Part shown: piece by piece, positions 24,001-33,650 of the stretch
Position numbering within the stretch: position 1 is the first letter of the stretch
How the letters are laid out: each line of letters opens with the position of its first letter
Assembly: GCA_009103225.1 (NCBI GenBank)
Contig: RHPI01002048.1
Location: 1,141,906-1,205,905, forward strand
Source of the DNA: Chlorokybus atmophyticus
Lineage: Eukaryota > Plantae > Mesostigma and Chlorokybus algae
Direction of reading: 5' to 3'
Length of the DNA stretch: 64,000 nucleotides
The notes under the pieces: generated by a model
Seen by the model: the letters and a program-made list of their open reading frames with translations, nothing else
What the model was told of the DNA's origin: nothing
Database searches by the model: none
Program-made: the position numbers and the translations under genes

Positions 24001-27000
24001 GATGATCACCTCCAGCAGGTTCATGATGATCACCTCCAGCAGGTTCATCACGACCTCCAGCAGGTTCATCACCACCAGCAAGTTCATCACCTCCAGCTGG
24101 TTCATTACCACTAACATACTGACCTTCAGCAGCACCTCCTGGAGTCCCTCCAGCAGTTTGATGGCCACGGTCTATGGCATCCTTCTCTGCGCTTCCTTGT
24201 GGTGGCCTGTCCGGAAACACTAGAGGAACTGAAGGTCGCCCCGAAACCCCTCCCAATGCTGCAAGTGCAGCAGCAGCAGCAGCAGCATAGGCAAGAGCAG
24301 CATCAACATCAGCTTGAGAAGGATTGCTAGAGGTAGCCGCAGCACCAGAAGCAGCACTAGAAGGAGTCGGACCAGGAGCTGCGGCAGGAATGGATGGCCA
24401 AGGATGGTTGCACTCCCACTTGTTGATGAGGTATGCGCGCAAGGACTTGTAATTCTCAGCCCATCCTGGATCCTGAAGATGGATGGTTTTCATCTGCTCT
24501 TCCAGCTAAACTTCTCGCTTCTGTTTCCTCCGATTAGCAATGGCGTTGATGCGTAGCCGGCGTGTCTCCCACTCCGCCTTGTTGCATTGCTGTAATTGCT
24601 TTTGCTCAGCCTGCCACTGTGCAGTCGTATCTTAGGCGTTTTGAACATTGGTGCGCACGGCAGCTATCTGCTCCTCAGTCAACCAATGTCGCCTGCTTTC
24701 ATTCAGACCATTGCGCACCATGGACAAAATGGTCTTCTCGATTCTTGACTGATAATCCTGCTCCTTCAGCCTGTGCTGATTTTCAGCACGTGTCACCATG
24801 GCGCCCTGAGCGGCAATCTCTTGAAGGCCTTTGCGAATTGTAGTCTCTGCCTTACGGAACACTTCCTTGGTAAGTTTCCGCGAATCATAACCACCAGTTA
24901 GAACACATATTACACACAACTCATTTACGAATAACACAAACATACCCTTCGTTCTTTCTCTTGTTCTATTTTGGAGTCTATATGTCTTAACAGCAGGAAT
25001 AGTCTATCTAGCACGCGTGTCAGCTCAGCGCACTTGCTTTGAGCTGAGTCAAATATCCCTTTTAAAAGGCGTACAGACGCCTCTCTGACAGTGTGATTGA
25101 CTGTGTTGTTCTGGTGACACAAGTGCAGTCTATGAATGCACAATGACATGTACGACCATGCACTGACGAAGCGTTCTCAACACTTACATTCCGTCTTTGA
25201 TTTCGGGCGACTTGTGGTCGTTTCAGCACCCTCCATGTGTAGGCGCCTAAAGATTCACCAGCTTGACGCGGTGCAGTGCAAGCTGCGAGGTACGCGCCGT
25301 CTTCGAGCGCGACGCCATGGCGAGCTGCCATCTCTGTTGCCTCCTTGATAAACTTTTCTCTGGCCGCCTCGAAAAAGTACTCCATGACCTGAGGTAAGAC
25401 GGTGATCAGCACATTGTTTGCAATGCTAAATAACAAGGTCATAGACCGCACAGCTCTCACAGATGCAGTTTATAACAGCAGGAGACAGTGTCTGGCAGAG
25501 CAAGTGATGTCTATAGGCATGAGCCACAGGCTGCATATACTCACATGGTCTGTAGGTTGCTCGTCTGGAGGTGGAGGGAAGGGATCATATTCCATGAGCA
25601 GCTCTTCCCCGGCGGCGATGTCACTCTGACTCCTAACCTCAGCTGCCTGCACCGCAGCCTCATCAACAGAGTCCATGATGTGGCAGTTGGGTTTGTACTG
25701 CGTATCGCGGCTATAGTTGAGGAAGCCAGCTATGTTCCCATATCGAGGGTGGCCATCGATGACAGGGCTCTGGCGGCGTGGCACGTCCCCCTGATGACCT
25801 GCAGGTGGTATTGCTGGTGGTGCAGGTGCTCCTTCTGAGGGAATGTCTTCTGCATCTCCCGGTAGGAGTACGACTTGCCATCAAAGACCCTGATGCGGTC
25901 ACCCTTCTTAATAGGCTGGCAGGTGAACAAGCCGAGCCCTGCGCCAGGGATATTAGAAGGCTTGATGACGGACTCTTTGCCAGCAAAATGGAAGAGTTCG
26001 CCTATGGGAATTGGACCATTCGTCCACAGCTGCCATGGGTCACCGGTCGCTCTATGTACGCGCTTGCGGTTGGGAAGCTCTCTGTCACTCTGCAAACAAC
26101 AAGTGACGGTAAGTTGGTGTGAATTGTCATAGGCTGTAACTGAGCAGTGCATGCAGCATGGCGCCCATGACATGTGATCAGCATGCATGATACCATGCGA
26201 ACAAAGACGCACCCGCAGATGTTCTTCTGATGGCGGTGGCAACTCCACAGCGTCCATCCCCGTCTTGATGAATCGATTGACCTCGGCTGCAGCATTGGTC
26301 ACAACCAGTTCACGGGCCTGCGCTGATCGGTGTTGCCTTGGCTTAGTAGCCTGTGGGGCATCGGCTACAGGTTGGTTCACCCTGCCACCCTGTGTGTAAG
26401 ACAATGGTAAGGATATCATATACATTTATTGACTCACAGACTGTCTCGGCCTATGACATAAGACAACGCGCACATGTCCTGATCAGAGCAGTCTATGAGT
26501 ATTCGCATGGATACTCACAGGTGTTTGGGGAGTTTTGGGAGAGCCGGCTGCCGATGACGTTCCTATTTTCATGCCTCTTCAGCTGGCATGCCTCGGTTTC
26601 TTTGCAGGTGGCACCACCTCTTCCTCCTCAGACTGCTCCAATTCCAAAACCTCCTCCGTAGCCTTCTGCGCTGACTCCTCCGACCCCTCCAGCATCACAT
26701 CCTCAAGTTGTTCCTCAAGCTCCTCATGCTCCCTCGTCTCTGTCGCAGCGAAGTCGAACTCGGTTTCCTCCGCTGTTGACGCTTCTGCCGCTGAACCTGC
26801 AGCGGCAACACCTGAACCTTGCTGCCGCTGCCGCTTTGTCCGCTTTGGTGTGGTTTGCTCCTTCGGGTAGAGGGGGATGTTGTTGTAATCGTGCTCAGCG
26901 TCATCCCAGAATTTCTTGTTATGTGTAACATGCGACAAGGTTAGCAACCAAGGCGTTGTAATGGCATTTTTTTCGCTAACAGTTGCATGCTGCATGTGCT

Positions 27001-27614
27001 TACAAATGCAAAGGCTCCGGTGTGATGCTTTCGCAGATACTCCTCGGTGACTCTCCGCACGTTGTCGACTGAAACTCTGCTTTGTTTGGGATGATTCATG
27101 GCCTGCACGCCAACATATGCTTCACGTAAGTCAATTTTGTTGCATAGTCTTTTGCCCAGATATCAGTTCACTAGCATGTATACAATGTCTATGAGTCTAC
27201 ATGTCTATAAGAACAAATGCACTTTCACAACATCACACGCACCCGTACTGCTTTGGAGAGAGAATCCCCCATCCGTCCCTTCAGCTCATCTGCTGTCTCC
27301 CTGCCGCCCTGGTTGGTTCGTCTGCGCATGTACCTGCAATATCTGATGTGCAGGTGCTGCGCGATCTTTGCAGTCTTGGTGTGTGTGGTTCCTGGAAGCC
27401 CGTTGGACTTTAAATGGCCCGCCTTCACATTTGTTCTGCAGTAGGGACAGTGCCAATAGAAAGTCCGCTGGTGTGAAGGCTGCCTCCGAGTCTCCTCTGA
27501 AGTCGACGATGCCGCCGACACGGTAGGGATGTCATCATCCATGGTGTTTCTCAGCTTGCTGATCTCTGCAACAACTTGCACTGGATAACACCCTTGTGCA
27601 ACACAAGCCGGCAC
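21014..27614 (-). pseudogene. CACTA second gene: BED/C2H2-like zinc finger - acidic region - SET domain - long coiled coil; multi-exon, frameshifted
   Basis: YWHCPYC...H..H (27225-27614). SET: IKPSNIPGAGLGLF..IKKGDRIRVFDG, then after a shift in a G run near 25790, VIDG..GNIAGFLNYS..PNC..DIAAGEELLMEY (~25580-25975). AGGDEP repeats (~23990-24110) and ~45-aa EEADRLR coiled-coil repeats (~22140-22760). Convergent with the transposase. Exon structure approximate. Confidence 0.7.
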
Positions 27615-27687
27615 TCCGCTACCACACCTCTGCCAGCACCGCCAGAACTACCTTAGGCACACCAAACATCAGGCTGCCGGCGGCGTG

Positions 27688-27771
27688 ACAGGCGACCGCA
27701 TAGGCCGCTCCGACGAACCCTAGGTCACAGGCGACCGCATAGGCCGCTCCGACGAACCCTAGGTCACAGGC
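27688..27771. repeat. Exact 39-bp tandem duplication in the divergent intergenic region
   Basis: acaggcgaccgcataggccgctccgacgaaccctaggtc x2 plus partial acaggc; contains a CATAGGC core. Confidence 0.92.
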
Positions 27772-27955
27772 ACTGGAAGTTGATTCATTTGGAAGTGTTT
27801 GTTGTCAGGTTCCGTCATTTGGAAGTTTTGTTCGCTCGCGCGTGCGTTGTGCGCTGTGCGCAGTATGACTTCGGCACTGGTTATCGCAGCTGCAATAAGT
27901 CGCGTGCTATAGACTGCTGTGTGAGCCTTTTGTCACCTGGAAGCTTAGGTGCTTT

Positions 27956-30700
27956 GTGCATAGTGTAACAATGGTGACCGCAGTGCCTTCTGCCAGCCAA
28001 GTGTTCAACTGTGGCAACAACGGCCAGAAAACTGGGGACAGGTTCCTGAGGGACAACTTTTCCTCTGTGCACCCCACCCATGTGCGAAACATGGACAAGT
28101 TCACCAACAAGCTCAAACAGTGGGAGCAAATCCCTGGTCCAGGTTGGAAGGAGGTGAATTTCGACAAGCGGAGCAAGGATCATGCAGCGCAGGCCAGCAT
28201 TGCCAAGCTGGAGAGCTTCTGTGAGGAGTTAGAGCCGGAGCTGGAGCCTCTAGTGTTTGGGGAAGGCATAGAGCTCCGCATGTCCAGAGGTCGCTTGTTT
28301 TCTGTGAAGGTTTGCTCTGAATGCCTTGTGTGTAGATCGATGACTGTTCAGGTGAAACTAGCCCGTATTCATGCATATAGCAAGCTTTGTTAGCCCTCAA
28401 GCTGTTGTTGCTGCTGGTCAGTGTTGCCACTGTTGCAAGTCAGATGATATCACGCTACTTGCCGAGTTGTCACGTTACTTAACATAGATGGCTTGTTGTT
28501 CAGCTGAATTCAGCTAGTCTTCATGTATATCCAGCTGTTTTTACTACTGGTTAGTGGTGCCACTGTTGGTCGGTTACTGTTTGTCAAGCTGGAACACTGG
28601 ACAGTGCCTATGAGTCCTTAGGTCTCAGCAATGGATGACATAAGTTGTAGACACTGGACAGTGCCTATGAGTCCTTAGGTCTCAGCAATGGAACACATAC
28701 GTCGTAGACGCTGACAACAGTGCCTATGAGCATCTAGAAGCAATGGATTGCATAAGTAGACACTGGACAGTGCCTATGAGTCTTTAGGTCACAGCAATGG
28801 AGTGCATAAGTCGTAGACACGGGACAGTGCCTATGAGTCTACGGTCTCAGCTATGGAAGTGCATAAGTCGTAGAGTGTCTTGGACGGTGCCACCTTATGA
28901 GACCAAAGCAGCTTTTTGGACATGTGGACATCCTTATAACTTTTGCTTGGCAGAGCACATCCGGGCATATCTCATACAGCGCCAATGGACTTATCGGAGG
29001 GGCGTTAAAGAAGAACGAGGTGAACGCCAAGGACAGTTTAGGGAGCAGCGGGTCCAGCTCCGTGCGCATGTTCGAGAAGCAGAGCGAACTGCCAAACACG
29101 GCACAGCTGCTCGTCGCCGGTCTGTAGGGTGGGGCAGAGTTTTCAGCCCTGACGATTACAGCCCTTCGCAGACAGTCGTTCTGTGGTGCCCCTTGAGCGA
29201 CGGGCCCCTTCCAGATGACGTGCTGCGGGCTACTTGGCTCAAATTCAGGTAAGGACTGTGTGCGCGCATGTATGATTGCAACCCTGAACTGTGACAACTC
29301 CACTAGAAGTGAAGCAAGCTGAATGTACAGCTCTTGTGTTGTGTTATCTAATGAGGTGCAGACATGAGGTGCAGACATGCAGACGATTACGACTGAGACA
29401 AAGTCTTTGACGTCGATATGCAATCCTCAAGTCGTGAAGACCCATGTGTGCCCGTGGCCATTGCCACCATTCTTGAGATTGCCGAGGTGGATGAGCCCTG
29501 CCGCACATACCGCGTGCAGATCATTAATTGGCTGCCAGTGTTTTGCGTGGAGGACGACAGCGTGCGGCCGTTCATACCTATTAGGTCGCAAAGGCTCATG
29601 CATAGCAAGACACCGGATCATTACATACGCGCCGAGCTGGAGGTAAGTTGGTGATTGTCAGTCACGCACCGTCTATGCTTTTGTCACTGCATGTCATCAA
29701 GTGCGAGACGTGCGTCGCGCGTAGCTGGCTAAAGTGTGCACATGTGAACCGCCTATGACACTGACAGCTAATGGAGTGCAGAGCATGACGGTTGAGTGGC
29801 CACTTATGTTCATGAGCCAGATGGGCACCTACGTCTGTGAAAACGGTGAATGCAGCTTCAATAGGCACGTCCGGCTGGGGGAATGCCAGGCGAGAGCACT
29901 TGAAGAACTGAACACCAATGCGCAGCAAGATGATCAGGTTTGTCAGCTATGTGCGCGCAATTTCTTGTTTCAAGTGCTTTCTGGTTGTGCTGATGATGTG
30001 CCCATGCAGGACCACGAGGTTTCAGTAGATGATGAGAAGCTGGAGATGCTGGCGGCTGTGTGCTGTGGCACTGAGCAAACACCTACTAGGGCGCAGGTTG
30101 GCCGGCAATGGGAATTCTGGCGGAAGAAGCAGGTGGCGCTGATGGAGAGCGTGGCACCTCTTCCCTTTCGAGACCAGGCCCGGATGGACCGCATTCCAAC
30201 ACAGCGTATCATGCAAGCGGTTGTGCAGTTTGCAACGAGGAAGAAATGGCTGGGTGAAGACCCAACGCAGGGTGGTCAGCTGGGCTGGATAAACACGAGG
30301 AAACGGCCAGGTATGTTTTGAGCTTATAGACCGCTCATAGGCTTGGTAGCTGTGACCAATGCACAATGTCACAATGCAGTATATAGGGTATGCTCGTAAG
30401 CTGGTAAGCTGTAAGCTAACAGTGCCATGTACGAGCAGTCTGGTCTCTGTGTATGCGATTGTACACATTCGCCACTCATTGTGCATGCAGGCATGCCGGA
30501 TGAAAGTGAAACGCCTGAGCCCAAGAGGTTCCGCGTTCATGGGGCGATGGGAGCCAAGCAGGACGGCATCCTCCAAATGATAGGTATCAGAGATGTGCAA
30601 AGTTGCAACTGTTGCATGTTGCTACTGTTACGTGTCTATTCTTTAAGAAATGTACATTGTGTTTTACAGTTGCGGTGTTGCTCGAATGCAGTGTGCGCGC
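27956..30700 (+). CDS. CACTA third gene, multi-exon, unknown protein (weak BAH-like resemblance); boundaries approximate
   Basis: Successive protein-like ORFs with GT..AG boundaries (27956-28310, ~28930-29250, ~29418-29643, ~29770-30311, ~30491-30590); YSPSQTVVLW...VAIATILEI...YRVQIINW resembles BAH. Confidence 0.5.
28594..28874 (+). repeat. 57-bp tandem array, 5 units, in an intron of the third gene
   Basis: acactggacagtgcctatgagtc(c/t)ttaggtctcagcaatgga..gcataagtcgtag repeated; unit 3 shortened. Confidence 0.95.
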
Positions 30701-31567
30701 GCAGTGTCTACGACAATCTGTTGTTGGTGCACGCGGCGTGCACTCGTTCATCTTAAAGGCCGTCTACAATTGCAAGTATGGAGCAGAGTATGGAACAGAA
30801 GGAACGTGTGCGTGCAGTGCCGAGATCACATGGTGTGCGCAGCATGCGCTCAGTCTCAACATAGGCAGGCTATGAGCGCTGGTGATCTTAGTAGCTATGA
30901 GAACACTGCTGTAGTTTAGCATAGATGTTTGACACTTTGCAGGTCTCGCTGATTGTCAGACACGCACTATATAATAGAATGGGTTACCGTGAATTGCTGG
31001 TGCATGGGTCATAGACCAGCATTGGTGCAGGATGTCAGCGGGTGTCGTGCACCAATGCTGGTCCCTAGATGCAATCATGGACCAATGCAGTGAGATTCGG
31101 CTGGTACAAAGAAATGGTTGGGTGTGGCCCAGGCATGGTCCCGCCAGCAGAGCCATGGTTGGTCCCACTAGTCGGGACCATCCTTGCAGACCATCTGGGC
31201 TAGACATTAAGATACAAGTAGACCATGCATGGTCCCACAGTGCGAACCAAGGATGGTCCTGCTACTCACGACCAGTAGTGGTGATGCTTTTTACAGAACT
31301 GTGCTAAGAGCGGACCATCCTTGGTGCATGCAGCAACACGCATGGCAGACCAGCATTGGTCCCATTGCGCTCGTCATGATAACAGCAACCAGGGCTGGCC
31401 CGGTTTTTTGGGGGACCGTGGGACAACTACGTACTGTTTGGACCAGCCCTGGTCCCCGCGTGCAGACCAAGGCGGGCGACCCTGGTCCGGACCCCAAGCC
31501 GCCCGGGCGTTTTGGCCCTGGTCCGTACGTGCGGACCAGGGCTGGTCCATGGAAAAAATTCCGTGTG

Positions 31568-33650
31568 CTTTCTCCACCATATAAAAGGAGTGGTTTGACA
31601 GGAAGAATCTACTGTGCTTGTGGGTGCCTTGAAGTGCAAAACCCGTGAAGTCGCCTTGCATGCATTTAGCCTGTACAAATCTGCTTGTGAGCACGCATCG
31701 TTGGCTTTTGTGTTCAACACCAAAACACCACCAAAGACGTGCCTGGCCTGCAGAATTTGTCTCGTAGATGGACGCATGCATTCCTTCGCATCGTCGTATA
31801 CAGTAGCAAGCATGTGGTCAATGATGCCTCCCAGCACATGCATTGCGTCTGAGGCAAGGCGAGAGTAGCAGTCAACTCCCGGCACCCGCGACTGTCGCCA
31901 ACCGCACAGTGCATTCTGTTGCCAAACCATAATGCCTGGTTACACGAAAAGCCATCATTTTCACGAACCGGTAATTTGACCATTATCTGCTCGACATGCA
32001 TGGAGTGCTGCTGCTTGAAAGCCTTGGCTATCTGGCGAGCATTTTCAACACCGCTATGGAGGTCCGCCCGCAGCTGTCATATTGCTGGTGTGTATAAAGC
32101 CTCGGTTCTCAGTTCCGCGTCCTCATCATTCTCTAACAGATCTGATTTAGTGACGAGACAAACATCGCAAGGATGTTGGGTTGGGTTGCACGACATAGTG
32201 CATGCAAGTATGGCATGCTTCTGCAACACGACATACTCAGATGCTCCACTGACAACATCCTCCATGCACTGTTTGCCGGCAGGCTGCATCCAGTTACAAC
32301 CATGCATGCCCACTACCTGCAAGTCGCTGATCTAGTTGGCAAGCGTGGAAAACACACGACACTTGATGCCATTCGGGCTGATGAGCTGCAGATCTTCCCA
32401 GCTCGCCCGTTTCACATCCCCTAACACTACATTTAAAGCGTCATGAAAAATCTCACGTTTTTAAATTGGGAACGATTCCTTGCCCTGCGCCTAGGTTAAA
32501 TGCCCGGCCACTGCGTGAACCACCGGCAGAAGCGCTATCATAACAACCCCCATGTTGCTAGCGTACATGTCCCAAGTGTAGTTGGCAAGCGACGCCAGTA
32601 GAGGGTAGCCAGAGCGCTTGCCCGCGCTGACCAGCGTGGTCTCGTCACTGTACGGAATGGCAGGCGCCAAGCTGGACGCTTCCCCCACCTCTCTCCTCAA
32701 ATGCACCTCAACATCCTTCCACCAATCGCCCGTGGAAGGATGGCCAAAGCTGTGCTCGTCACCACTGTACTGGAGATTGAAGCCATTAGCGGCATGTGGA
32801 TTGCCATACAACCGCGCAAGCCATACCTGCTCCGACCAAGAGCATTAACAGCCATGCGGGCCTGAGATTGGATACTACATTTCACAGACCTTGGCCGGCA
32901 TGCATGTGACGCTGATGTCTTGATCCTCAGGGTCTCTAGGCTTGCGCAGTTCAGCCGTCACGCAGTTTTGATACGGCAGCACACTCGCATGTGCATATGA
33001 CATGGCTCTGATGATTGAAAGGAATGCATCGCACACCATGAACACACCTCAAATTAAGAGAAAGCCATTGTGGTCCAGAGGTAGCTGGCCACATGCACAC
33101 CGGTCTCCCATTGGAGTTCCTCCGTCTGGAAGTGTGCATTTATGATGCACTTGATGATCCGCCCCATGTCGGAGGCCGACAAGCCTTAGCGGTTGTTGCA
33201 TTGCACGAATGCCACTGCAAGCGCATGCTCCGAGCCATACCACCTTGATTTCGACGCGTGCAAAGGGATGCCTCCACTTCCAGGTTGGCGTGCCACAGGT
33301 TTCTCAGGCACACGCACACATTGAAAGCCCTCGTTCACTTCCTCCTCCTCCTGTTGCTGCTGTGCGTGTGTCTCCTGGAGGGGTCTTTCAGCATCAAGCA
33401 TGTGCGCATCCTGGATCGAACTCCCTAGTTTAACATGACCCGCATCGTACTGTAATTGACGCTGGCCGACATACAGCATGATTTGCTTGCACACCCTCCT
33501 GCTAACAATGTGCATGTAGACCGAGCTGCGTGTGGCAAAGCGCATGTGGCAATATGGACAAAGGACTTCCAGCTCACTACTGACGTCGACACAGGTGTCG
33601 CCAATGTAACCTGCATCATCATGTCCAGCCACACGCACCGCCGCCGCCAC
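31568..33650 (-). pseudogene. Plavaka-family transposase, N-terminal half with C2H2 finger
   Basis: CPYCHMRFATRSSVYMHIVSRRVC (C2H2); HPSTGDWWKDVE..LAPAIPYSDETTLVSAGKRSGYPLLASLAN (Plavaka TgdwW..SDkT..YP..GN core); FHDAL..; HPCDVC; DAMHVLGGIIDHML. Several stops and frameshifts. Confidence 0.82.

Larger units (their letters stand above)
10545..31567. mobile_element. Full-length CACTA/EnSpm-type DNA transposon (21.0 kb, 16.1 kb without the nested copia)
   Basis: Left end CACAGGGCTTTCT; right end (rc) CACACGGAATTTTTTCC; 3-bp TSD CTT at 10542-10544 and 31568-31570. GGACC/GGTCC-rich subterminal repeats at ~10560-10920 and ~31000-31550. Encodes a Transposase_21-like protein, and the flanks rejoin as one ORF. 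Confidence 0.92.

Noticed and set aside
28594-28874. Regularly spaced repeats resembling a CRISPR array
   Set aside because: Whole 57-bp units are repeated with no unique spacers; eukaryotic intron context and no cas genes.
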